Below, piece by piece: positions 1 to 9,660 of a DNA stretch of 64,000 nucleotides (positions within the stretch are counted from its first letter, which is position 1; every line of letters begins with the position of its first letter). The position numbers and the translations under genes are program-made. The DNA is from Trypanosoma brucei (lineage: Eukaryota): the NCBI GenBank assembly GCA_000002445.1, contig CH464491.1, positions 2,464,001 through 2,528,000 on the forward strand, given 5' to 3'. The notes beneath the pieces were generated by a model. It saw only the letters and a program-made list of their open reading frames with translations, had not been told where the DNA came from and searched no databases.

Positions 1-734
1 GGAAAAGAGTGAGAAAAAAAAAAGGCAAGCAAACAAACAGAAGGGAAGTGTCATGGTTTTGTGCAGGAGTGGTGGTGGTAGGGCGTTATTTGCTTTTCGT
101 TTTTTTTGTTTTGTTTGTGCATTGAGTGAAAGGAACTGTGTGTACGTATTTCTTTTTATGTATGTGATTGTCGGTTTCCTGCCTGTGCGTGGCCGTGTCT
201 TCTCGCGTAGCCTTCAAGTTGTCGCTTTGCCCCTTAGTTATCCACATTCTTTTTTCTTTTTGTCAAGGCTCATATCTTAAATGTTAAGGTGTGCTTTCCT
301 TCTTTTTTTTTTTTCTCCCCGTTTGTTGTCACCCCCTTCCATCAGTCACACACCCCCTTCCTCCGCCAGGGAGAAAAAAAAAGGAGGGGAATAATGTTTT
401 TTTTTCGCTCTTGTTGTTTGATATGTTTTTTTGATAAACTTTTTGCAGCACTTTTTCTCGATATTTCTCGCGGCTTGGAGAACCTGTTAGTAAGTTAAGT
501 GAGGAAAGGCGAAAAGAGCAACGAAAGGTGTATGAATTAGACGAAGATGAAAGGGCATACATCCGTAAAAAAAACCGAAAGTTTGAAGGTTCATGAAGTT
601 AACAACAAAAGCTGCGGTTTTAATACCCCCTGTGGTGCCGCTGGCCGGTAACAAACACTGCTTTTGTAAAAGGTGGCACCTGTTTCTTACTTCCACAGGT
701 CAAAGCTTTTTTTTTCTTCAAATCCCTTTTTTAA

Positions 735-746
735 ATAAATAAATAA

Positions 747-786
<40 letters not shown>
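735..786. repeat. Compound microsatellite (AAAT)5(TA)n
   Basis: aaataaataaataaataaatatatatatatatatatatatatatatatatat. The same compound motif recurs at 24040-24072, and related ones at 37190-37215 and 62941-62984. Confidence 0.9.
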
Positions 787-788
<2 letters not shown>

Positions 789-908
789 TTTAGTTGCAGG
801 ACGTATCGAGCCCCGTAGGGAAATTGAACCGTCGGGTGAGACACGGTTTAGGAAAAACAATAAATACAGAGGAGAGAGAGAGAGAGGGAGTAAGAGGGTG
901 GAGCAGTT

Positions 909-3900
909 ATGGGAAATCAGCTCGCAGCAGCCACCGTCGTAAATGTCTCCGATGTGACGTCATCACTAGAACTTATCGCTCCACTAAGTTGTATGCACCG
1001 CAACTACTTTCGTTCCTTCCGCTGCTCCAAGGAAGCGAGTGCAGCTGTACCCTCCGATACCCTTCGCTCACTTTACTCATTTTCTCGTGGTGACAATCGG
1101 GACCAATCCGCCCTGCACCATCGTCCGTCCAACCGCGGTGGGAGCACGGAAGTTGTTTTGAAGGTTTTCGTTCGCACACTTTATAATGAAGAGGAGCAGA
1201 AAGTTGTAGAATTTTGCTATAATCATTTGTTGAGTATTGAAAGACGAATGGCGGGAGCGAAGCCAGCTAACATGCAAAATACGGGGTCGTGTGAAACCGC
1301 AGCCAGTAACGGTTCTTCCCATGATAGCAGCAACTGCGGGGTTGCGACAACCCCGCCCCCGTGCAATGTGCTTTTCTATTCGTGTATGGAAATACAAAAT
1401 GATAGGTTTTGCATGCTTCAGCGGCCCTACGTTGCTTTTTCACTCGCTGAGCGCCTTGCCACACGACCATATTGGAGCACCGCAAACCGTCTCTTCGCCA
1501 CCTACCAGTTGTTGCAGGGTACAGTTCAGCTGCACGAAGTATGGGGAACCGTTCATGGAGACCTCAAGGTTGACAACATTCTGGTCAACACCTCTGGCTG
1601 GCTTTACATTACAGATATTTGTCCCTTTAACCCCGCACTGCTCCCAGCGAACAATCCAGCACTCTTCAACTATTTCTACGATACAAACGAGTCCCATATT
1701 TGCTCATTGGCACCAGAGAAATTCGTGGATCATCCAACCAACGTTAACACATCGAACCTCAACGCGACTGTTCACACACCTGGTATGGATATTTTCTCGT
1801 TGGCGTGTGTCGTGGTGTATATATTCACCGAGGAACCCCTCTTTCGCCTGTCAGAGGTACTCGAACTGCGCTCTCTGCAAACACAACGAGAACGTGAAGA
1901 AATGATAAACAGTATTCTGCAGGAGCGGGGTCTTGCACCTAACCTTTGCCGCATGCTTTCGGATATGTTGTGCACCAATCCAAATTCTCGCCCAACGTCA
2001 CGGCAGCTTCTTGAGAGGTACACCCCAACTGTGTTTCCTCCTTATTTTGAATACCTCTACCGTGACATACTACCGGCTCTGCTGCCGCGACCACCAGAAC
2101 ATCAGGTACAACTGCTGTGGTCTCGGCTGGATGACATTTTTGCTGAAGTGGAGTGCCGTGGCAGTTTCAATAGCGGTGGTGGTAGTGGCCACAACGGTGA
2201 AGCTGATGACGGTGAATTTCCTCCACTGGTGCCGTCAAGTGACGCCAAAAAGGTTACTGTGCTAGTGCTTATTCCAATAATTCTTAATGCAGGTCTACAC
2301 CTCATGGCGTCAGAAACATGTTGTCGTGTTGTCTCCATCGTTCAGCGGATACTGCCGCATTGTACGTTGGAAGTTCAAGCGGACGTAATTCTTCCATACA
2401 TGCTGCGTTTTTTGAGGACAGAAACGTTGCCTGTTGTGGCCCGCGTTCTCGCACTTCGTACGCTGTCTACGATCTGTCATAACATTCCCTTCTCCACAGG
2501 CGAGGCAACTGTCTTCGATGACCTTATCCTTCCGTGCGTGGAGGACCTCGTGGCGAAAGCAGACACTCAGAACGTTACACTTTTATTGGAAGTGGCTGCT
2601 CAACTGCCATCGTTATTTTTGATGGCACGGTCTTTTATGGAGCAGCAGCAGGCTCTTGTTACATCAAATGAACGACAAAGCACGTATGGGGAGCAACTGA
2701 ACAGGTTGCTTGAGCGCGGCTGGGATGCTCTGCGGACACTTTACAAGCACAATCATTCGGCTGTTGTCATTGCCGCACTTCAGCGTAGTGTGGACGTGGT
2801 AAAGTTTCTGGGTGAAGAGAGGACACAGCATGATTTTATTCCGTTCCTCACTACAGCTATTGCCTCCACCATTGATGTCCAAAGGGAATTATATCCACAG
2901 GCTATATTGTGTCATACAAACCTACAACGACCTCCACTAAAGACGCTGCGTTTTTTTGTGGAGGAAGCGTTGAGACGGACTGATGCGATTATTCTTCGGC
3001 GTGCTATCGAAAGTGTATCTGTCGTGGCTTCGAGCAAATTAGTTGATGTGAGTGATGTCATGTCACTTGCGGAATGCGTGCTTCCTCATATATTGGACAA
3101 AGATAAGTGGGTGAGCCTTGCTGCGCGTCAGCTAGTGGAGGTGGTCGCTCAAACTTACCGCATGAGTGACGTGTGCACGAGACTGCCAAGCACCCTGATA
3201 CCGTTATTACGATATAAGGTACCCTTTTCAACTCTTACATCTCTTCCAGAGGAACTGGTGAATGAAATATCACAACGACCATCTTTTTCCTTGAGGCATC
3301 GGGACGAGCGACCGACGGTTCGGGTTGTCGGCGGCGATTCGAAACTGTCTCGGCGTTTCATGAACGGTTCACGCAGTAGCGACAATAGCATCACTGAAAG
3401 GAATGTGATCAACGGTGGTGCGGGTGGTTTTGTCCAGTGTCAGTCAAATTATATCCTACAACATGGGACAACGAAACGTTTCCCGCCAAACTTTCCCTTA
3501 CGTGCGGCGTTTTTTGATGTAACGTTTGACCCTAGTGTGAGGGCCGGCACCCCTTCGGCACTGGACGCAGCCGCAGTTCACGACAGCAGTGACGCCACGG
3601 CAGCCTACGCGTGGGGGTTGACTTTCAAACCAACTCATCGTGAGAAAAAGCGGCTTTTACTTCGTCAGCAAACGTACACGAATCGTGTTGACAGTAACGG
3701 TGATATCGTTGGCGGCGCACTCTTTACTTCCACTACTGAGAGCACAACTGGAAGAAGACCGTGGTTACTAGGTCCTCCGACTGGATCCCTGAGTGTCCAA
3801 CCGTCCCCTGCTTTGTACCCCGGTGTGACTTGGGCTGATAAGGAACTAAAACCTATCGCTGCTCCGTACTTCACGCGACGGGCCCATAGTGGCGCCATCT

Positions 3901-5021
3901 ATAGTTCCGCCACAGTAGGGAGTGGAACACTGGTGACCGCGGGTGGAAAAGGTGAGGCGTTGCTCTGGTCTGTTACTGCTACGGGCGTAAACCTCTCCTC
4001 ACGCCTTAATGTTGGTGACGCCTCTAGCAAAAATACGTTTCTTTTCGTACACTTTGCTCGAGGCGGTGTTAGCCCGTTGTTGTGCATCGGAGGCACAGAC
4101 GGCACGTGGCAGCTCTGTGACATAGCGAGCAATAAAGTCGTGCAAGAGCGCAAACTTGACGGCAGCCCTTTGACAGCAGCATGCGCACTTAGCGAAGACG
4201 TGATGCTCGTATCAAGTGCACTGGGAGGACTGTTTGCTATGGACTATAGAGCGGGTCGAGAGGTGTGGAAGAGTGGCAGCATATTACCGGTGGAGTTCGG
4301 TACAATAAGCGGAGTGTACCCACTTTGCAGTGAGTGCCGAGCCTACGGCGCCGCGGTTACGACCATGGGGGGAGGTGTTGCCTTGTTCGACCTCCGCTTT
4401 GAGTTGCTTCTGCAAAAACACTGGTTACACGGTGCACCTATACAAGGTAGTCGTTCGATTGATAATCCCTATGCTATTTTGTGTGTCAGCCCCGATGCCG
4501 CCTGTAAGCCCGTACATCAATTAAATGAACACCCTGGGCTTTTGCTGGGAACTCGCTCAGGAATGGTCTATCACATGGATCTTATATCCGGTAGGTCGTG
4601 TGTGAGCCTCCGCCCTGCCACGCCCAACAATCCAACACGAGCTATGCTCCTTCAGCCGAGACACCGTCTCCTTTTCACTGCTGGAGATGATATGCAGATT
4701 CGAAGGTGGTGCCTTTCCAACTCCGCGCTGTCGTCGACTGTTGTCTTCCCCCCATACAACTCGTATGCGTATGCAAGAAGGACTAGCGGGTCTACAATGG
4801 AAGTTAGGCCATCATCGAAGTCTTCTAACGGACAGTTAGCTCCAACTGCTGCTGGCGCAACCACTGCGGTTAGCGCACCGCTGGTCCGACCTGTTGTACC
4901 CCAACATCATAGTGACGCTATTCTTACACTCTGTGGAGTCAGTGTGAGTGGTGGGGACGAGACCTACTTGGTGTCGGGATCCCGGGACGGGCAGTTGACA
5001 CTGTGGTTCAACGCTGAGTAA
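909..5021 (+). CDS. VPS15: VPS15-like protein kinase, the regulatory subunit of class III PI3K: N-terminal kinase domain, HEAT region, C-terminal WD40
   Basis: 1370-aa ORF. N-terminal MGNQLAA fits N-myristoylation as in Vps15. Kinase catalytic loop HGDLKVDNILV followed by ITDICPFNP, cf. Vps15 HGDIKTENILV...LTDFASFKP. Long helical middle and WD-like C-terminus (LVSGSRDGQLTLW). A pyrimidine tract plus AG lies upstream (about 660-730). Confidence 0.8.
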   Translation: MGNQLAAATVVNVSDVTSSLELIAPLSCMHRNYFRSFRCSKEASAAVPSDTLRSLYSFSRGDNRDQSALHHRPSNRGGSTEVVLKVFVRTLYNEEEQKVVEFCYNHLLSIERRMAGAKPANMQNTGSCETAASNGSSHDSSNCGVATTPPPCNVLFYSCMEIQNDRFCMLQRPYVAFSLAERLATRPYWSTANRLFATYQLLQGTVQLHEVWGTVHGDLKVDNILVNTSGWLYITDICPFNPALLPANNPALFNYFYDTNESHICSLAPEKFVDHPTNVNTSNLNATVHTPGMDIFSLACVVVYIFTEEPLFRLSEVLELRSLQTQREREEMINSILQERGLAPNLCRMLSDMLCTNPNSRPTSRQLLERYTPTVFPPYFEYLYRDILPALLPRPPEHQVQLLWSRLDDIFAEVECRGSFNSGGGSGHNGEADDGEFPPLVPSSDAKKVTVLVLIPIILNAGLHLMASETCCRVVSIVQRILPHCTLEVQADVILPYMLRFLRTETLPVVARVLALRTLSTICHNIPFSTGEATVFDDLILPCVEDLVAKADTQNVTLLLEVAAQLPSLFLMARSFMEQQQALVTSNERQSTYGEQLNRLLERGWDALRTLYKHNHSAVVIAALQRSVDVVKFLGEERTQHDFIPFLTTAIASTIDVQRELYPQAILCHTNLQRPPLKTLRFFVEEALRRTDAIILRRAIESVSVVASSKLVDVSDVMSLAECVLPHILDKDKWVSLAARQLVEVVAQTYRMSDVCTRLPSTLIPLLRYKVPFSTLTSLPEELVNEISQRPSFSLRHRDERPTVRVVGGDSKLSRRFMNGSRSSDNSITERNVINGGAGGFVQCQSNYILQHGTTKRFPPNFPLRAAFFDVTFDPSVRAGTPSALDAAAVHDSSDATAAYAWGLTFKPTHREKKRLLLRQQTYTNRVDSNGDIVGGALFTSTTESTTGRRPWLLGPPTGSLSVQPSPALYPGVTWADKELKPIAAPYFTRRAHSGAIYSSATVGSGTLVTAGGKGEALLWSVTATGVNLSSRLNVGDASSKNTFLFVHFARGGVSPLLCIGGTDGTWQLCDIASNKVVQERKLDGSPLTAACALSEDVMLVSSALGGLFAMDYRAGREVWKSGSILPVEFGTISGVYPLCSECRAYGAAVTTMGGGVALFDLRFELLLQKHWLHGAPIQGSRSIDNPYAILCVSPDAACKPVHQLNEHPGLLLGTRSGMVYHMDLISGRSCVSLRPATPNNPTRAMLLQPRHRLLFTAGDDMQIRRWCLSNSALSSTVVFPPYNSYAYARRTSGSTMEVRPSSKSSNGQLAPTAAGATTAVSAPLVRPVVPQHHSDAILTLCGVSVSGGDETYLVSGSRDGQLTLWFNAE

Positions 5022-5341
5022 CCTCATACTGGAATACGCCAAACAAAAAAAAAGTCAGATACGAGCCTAATGAGATACAATGGAGTTTCCTCTGCCTGGT
5101 TTCGCGACGAGAGAGTTGCGTCTCGTTACACAGCCATTCGGTGGGCGGACAGATAGTTGGTAAGGGGGGGAAAGGTGGAGGGCAAATGATTTTTGCTGGG
5201 CGATACACAAACCTGTGCACACATGTAAGCTTGCGTTTTGAAGGGACCAAATTTGTCTTTGAAAGCAAGCTTCTCAATTTTTTTCTCTTTACGTTGCTGT
5301 TTTTCTTTGTAATCCATTAGACCCCGCCTGCTGCTCGCATT

Positions 5342-7084
5342 ATGGTGAAGTTGAAGGATGTTTCCCGGAAGGGGGACACGCAGTCCCCAACAACCACTGT
5401 CATTGGTAAAAGTTTGGGTGGGCGGCATGAGGATGCACTCGTGCGCGCAGTGGAAAAATACGTCCCCGATGAAATAGCACGGCACCTCAGCAGCTTAACG
5501 GTGTACGCTCAGTTACGAGCCGGGCTCTGTCCTGGAGAATGCAACGGTGGTCACAATAACAATGCTAATGTTGGTGCTATATCCTGTAGCGGCAACTGCA
5601 AAAACGGTAATGCTGCTGTCTCGTGTGACATGCGTAGAAGAAACTGTGGAATAATGAGTGGTTGTAAAAGGGATGTTCATTTGGAGAGTTGTGTTTCCCG
5701 TGTACTTTCATGTCGAGTGTGTCATGTGTTGCGAGGCTACTGTGCGTTTTGGGTAGAATCAATGCTCACCATACGCACTGTTACTTCTGCATCGACAAAT
5801 TTTTCGAGACACAAACGCTTGCGTAGGAGTGATGACGTCGCCGTAGTTGCCGATTGTGTGGTGTCGAGCGGGCTTGATGGTGCGGGTGGAAACCGTCGGT
5901 ACAACGTCAAACTTCTCACACTTCATATTGTCGATAACGAAGCTTACAAGAATCCCGGAAATTATGTCTTTGTACTTCAGTCGGTTTGCCAGCCCGGTCG
6001 TGTGCTGCAACTGGAGTGCTACCCCAACCATATGATTCGATTTGGGCTGCTGATGCACTTCCTTTGGCAGTGTCCCTGTGAAGCTTTCGCTGCGTCACAA
6101 GCGAAAGGTGGCACCGGTAAGGAAAAGGATTTAAGGCGACTTCAAGTCAACTCAGCGTTTTCCTCAACTGATGTTGACATCCTCCCAGTCACTGATTTCA
6201 ATGAGTGCAACAGTTGTGGCATGTCGTTACATCTTTCCACATCACCAGCTGCAAAGGAAGTAGTTGTGGAGACTCAATCCGGAGCTGTGGGCCCCTCTGT
6301 GTTAGTGCTTGGGCTTGGTGCCAACGTAATTGGTAACTGGCTGGATGAGGCCCTCCCACCCAATGTTCGCATTGATGTCGTGGAAGTGGAGCCTACCGTC
6401 CTGCAGATTTGTCGGGATCACAAGCAGGTGCCGCCGTGCGACGAATTGGTGAACGAGGCGAACGAAGGCACAGGAGTGTGGTGCGTAACGCGTGGGCACA
6501 AGCGTTATCCAAATTATCGTTTCATTGTTGGAGATGCAAGGGAGGTCCTGAAGGAGAGTAACGACGATGGTCGATCCGAAGGGCGCAACAAGAAGTGCAT
6601 TAGCCTTTCCTATGATGTTGTGTTTCTCGATTGCTACGATCCCGCAAAGGAATGTATGATGCATGACGCCAATCTTGTCGATTTGTGCAGGGTGCGGCTG
6701 AGGCCAGGTGGTGCGCTCATCGTCAACGCTCATATTATCCCGGAAAAGGAAATGTTGCAGGAGCAATTTCTTGATCGCGGCTTCAGCTCTGTGCAGGTGC
6801 TGCGTGTGTCGTCCTGTAACCAGAGTATTGTGGTGTGTCTGGCCTCTCATAGCGGCTCTGCAGGCAAAACGGCTGAAGAGGTGGATGGTGAAAGACTGTC
6901 GGGTCGCTTTACCGTACTGTCCGCTGGTCGAGCAACAAGGTACATTCATAACATTATTGAAGCGGGCAATAGGGTGTATCTTCACAAACCGAACACTTGT
7001 TATTTTGGAGCAGGTTGGCTAAAATCATCAAAAGTGTTGGAGAATGATACGTGTTTTGTTAAATTATGGACTCATGTCGATTAA
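5342..7084 (+). CDS. Hypothetical protein with a Cys-rich N-terminal half and a C-terminal spermidine-synthase (PABS)-fold SAM-dependent transferase-like domain
   Basis: 580-aa ORF. C-terminal half carries the PABS-fold motif series VLVLGLGANVIGNWL (GxGxG), RIDVVEVEP (VEID-like), RFIVGDAREVL, YDVVFLDCYDP, LRPGGALIV. N-terminal half is cysteine-rich with no recognisable family. Confidence 0.55.
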   Translation: MVKLKDVSRKGDTQSPTTTVIGKSLGGRHEDALVRAVEKYVPDEIARHLSSLTVYAQLRAGLCPGECNGGHNNNANVGAISCSGNCKNGNAAVSCDMRRRNCGIMSGCKRDVHLESCVSRVLSCRVCHVLRGYCAFWVESMLTIRTVTSASTNFSRHKRLRRSDDVAVVADCVVSSGLDGAGGNRRYNVKLLTLHIVDNEAYKNPGNYVFVLQSVCQPGRVLQLECYPNHMIRFGLLMHFLWQCPCEAFAASQAKGGTGKEKDLRRLQVNSAFSSTDVDILPVTDFNECNSCGMSLHLSTSPAAKEVVVETQSGAVGPSVLVLGLGANVIGNWLDEALPPNVRIDVVEVEPTVLQICRDHKQVPPCDELVNEANEGTGVWCVTRGHKRYPNYRFIVGDAREVLKESNDDGRSEGRNKKCISLSYDVVFLDCYDPAKECMMHDANLVDLCRVRLRPGGALIVNAHIIPEKEMLQEQFLDRGFSSVQVLRVSSCNQSIVVCLASHSGSAGKTAEEVDGERLSGRFTVLSAGRATRYIHNIIEAGNRVYLHKPNTCYFGAGWLKSSKVLENDTCFVKLWTHVD

Positions 7085-7359
7085 ACTGTTTCCGCTAATA
7101 CAGTTGCCGGGAAGGCAGGGGAGCGGGCACCGATCGTCTCGCTAATCCTCCCGGTTGCAAATTTAAAGTTGGGCTCCTATGTGGCAGCCCACTCGTCCAC
7201 TTGCGCTCTCTCAGCTGAGGCATCCCCTCGTCCGTCTTAAACCCCGTAGCAAACTCCCCTTATTATTATTAAGTTGTTTTGAGTTGATTCTCTCTGTCCC
7301 ATTTATATTCCTACTAATTTGCTTCTTATCGGATCAATCTATCTCGTTACGGATGTGGA

Positions 7360-9114
7360 GTGCCTCAGTTATTGGCGGGGGGCAGTGATCAAGCAAGAAG
7401 GAAACAATTGGCGATGGATGTTTATCGACAAGCAAGTGAAATTGTGCGGGCTGTGCGTGAAGGAACCGGCACTGCCAAAGCGCTGTGTTTGCGTAAGGAA
7501 ATGCAGAAGAAGCGCCAAACGTACGCTGTTGTGTGCGAGACTCTGCGGCATTATGACCTTCTCCAGGATGTCCTCGAGCAAGCAGAATTCTTTCAATATT
7601 ACCCACGGGCCAATAGAGATTTTGCGATTTGCATGGCTTATGACGCTGTGCTTGGAAAGGGAGTCAACACCAACCGTGATACGACCGCGCAGGCTATTCA
7701 AAAGTCGGTGTCCTATCTTCAGGAGGCATACGAACGTGTGAAGAAGCACCATGTTATTCCCCCACGCGCCGGGGAGCTATTGACAGACGAGGAAGCTGGC
7801 CCCTGTGCACGCACCGGCGATCATAATAATGATGGGGGAAGGGTCAAACACAACGGTGTTGATGGCGGCTCGCTTGGGAAACATTTTGTTTCTGATGGTG
7901 AAGGTGCCGGTGACAACACCCAGGGACTGGGTTGTCTGATTCCGCGTTATGCGCGAGTGAACACGCTGAAGATTGATGTGGACAGCCTGGTGGAACGTCT
8001 TCGCCGTGCCTCCGCGAAACGCGAGCGTAACAATACGGAAAACTGTACAGGAAACGATCATAGTAGGCGCGATCATCGACATCGTGCAGCTGGAATTCGT
8101 GTACTGCCACCCTTTACCTTGGATCCTGTTGTACCGTCACTGCTAGTTTTCCCACCAGGTACCGATCTACACGCCCATCCGGCCGTTCGAAGTGGACAAC
8201 TTGTGCTACAGGACCGTGCATCGTGTCTTCCTGTTTGTGTGCTCCTTAATGCCGTGGAGGTTATCACGTCCTTCTCTGCTTCTGGAGAAGGTGAAGGTGA
8301 TAGCAAACCGGCTGAACCATTGGAATATGTTGTTGACGCCTGTGCGGCTCCTGGGAATAAGACAACTCAGCTGGCAGCCCTGGGTGCGCCTCATGTGAAG
8401 ATAATGGCGATTGAACGTGACGACAAGCGAGCTGAGTTGTTGAGGCATCGCGTGCAGAGCTTGGGGGCCGCTGATTACACAAACGTGGTTAATATGGACT
8501 TTCTGAAGATGGCACAAGACGATCGTGAGGTGACGGAAGGAATTTTGCTGGACCCAAGTTGCAGTGCCAGTGGCGTGCTGACAAGAGTGGATGTGGCCCT
8601 TTTGCGGAAGCAATGCGTTGCTGTGGATGGCAGCGGTATCTACACTAACGATGTTGTTCGTCAAGAAACTGCTGAGGAAGGGGTGAGCGAGACCGCTGTT
8701 GGTGGGGAAGTGGGCACCATAACTGCAGAGGCTCAAGGAGTCGGGTTTGCAAGCAACATGGAGCGCGTGATGGGCCTTGCCCGGCTTCAGCGCAAATTAC
8801 TTGCCCACTCACTTCTTTCCTTTGACAATTGTCGCACGGTTGTGTACTCCACATGCTCAGTGCATGAGGCAGAAAACGAGGAGGTAGTGCGGCAGGTTCT
8901 ACAGGACGAGCGGGTACAGGCTCGTGGGTGGGCACTTAGCAACATCATGCCGACGACGTGGCGGACGCGTGGGTGGAGGAACGACAGTGATACGTTTCCA
9001 CTTGAGTACACCATTCGGTGTGACCCCGAAGTGGACGCAACCAATGGTTTTTTTGTCGCTCGTTTCGACCGTGTTGTGGCGACGCCGCAGAAGAGGTCGA
9101 AGAAGAAGCGGTGA
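7360..9114 (+). CDS. NOL1/NOP2/Sun-family RNA (cytosine-5) methyltransferase, NSUN5/Rcm1-like
   Basis: SAM-binding motif DACAAPGNKTTQLA. Motif IV LLDPSCSASGV with the Cys. Motif VI VVYSTCSVHEAENE with the catalytic Cys. C-terminal GFFVARFDRV is typical of the Sun family. Confidence 0.85.
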   Translation: MPQLLAGGSDQARRKQLAMDVYRQASEIVRAVREGTGTAKALCLRKEMQKKRQTYAVVCETLRHYDLLQDVLEQAEFFQYYPRANRDFAICMAYDAVLGKGVNTNRDTTAQAIQKSVSYLQEAYERVKKHHVIPPRAGELLTDEEAGPCARTGDHNNDGGRVKHNGVDGGSLGKHFVSDGEGAGDNTQGLGCLIPRYARVNTLKIDVDSLVERLRRASAKRERNNTENCTGNDHSRRDHRHRAAGIRVLPPFTLDPVVPSLLVFPPGTDLHAHPAVRSGQLVLQDRASCLPVCVLLNAVEVITSFSASGEGEGDSKPAEPLEYVVDACAAPGNKTTQLAALGAPHVKIMAIERDDKRAELLRHRVQSLGAADYTNVVNMDFLKMAQDDREVTEGILLDPSCSASGVLTRVDVALLRKQCVAVDGSGIYTNDVVRQETAEEGVSETAVGGEVGTITAEAQGVGFASNMERVMGLARLQRKLLAHSLLSFDNCRTVVYSTCSVHEAENEEVVRQVLQDERVQARGWALSNIMPTTWRTRGWRNDSDTFPLEYTIRCDPEVDATNGFFVARFDRVVATPQKRSKKKR

Positions 9115-9660
9115 GGTCCATAAAAACGTTAACTAGCGATTAAACACACCGCTGAAAGGGCAAATGAACAGGTGTTTTATTTTATTTTTATTTTTTCCCC
9201 TCCCCTCACTCTACAGGCAGTACGTGCGTCCCCCTTGCCTGCATACTGCCGTGCTATCACCACTTCAAGTTAGGGTACCATGGACATACAAACGTTCTTT
9301 TTCATCTATGTGTCCTGTTCTCTTCATCGTTCTTTTGCAAATCTGCATCACGATTCAACCCGTGCACTTGCTTTTGGGGGGCGAACCGACGCATTTATTT
9401 TTTTTCAACGTTTTACCGCTATCGGAAGAAATTGATTGACACGAGAAGACGAGAGAAGACAGGTACGCAGGAGGGAAAGTTTCTCTGCCACAAGCGTAAC
9501 AACAACAAGGGGTATCGCTTTGCACGGAGATTAAGGCACCGAAGTTAAGAAAGAAGAGGGAAGGCACGTATTTATATTTACTGTGTTGCGGAGAAGGGAT
9601 ACCCTCAAAAAGTAATATAAATTGAAGAGATAATTTTTTGAAAAAAAAAAAAAGGACCCA

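Noticed and set aside
6302-6985. Antisense ORFs of 130-265 aa overlapping large genes, e.g. 6302-6985 -, 13380-14048 -, 18420-18992 -, 25339-25911 -, 55893-56522 -
   Set aside because: They lie opposite strong, motif-bearing genes in a strictly unidirectional transcription unit, or within the strand-switch spacer. They have no upstream polyY-AG and are low-complexity. These are the shadow ORFs expected in GC-rich coding DNA.
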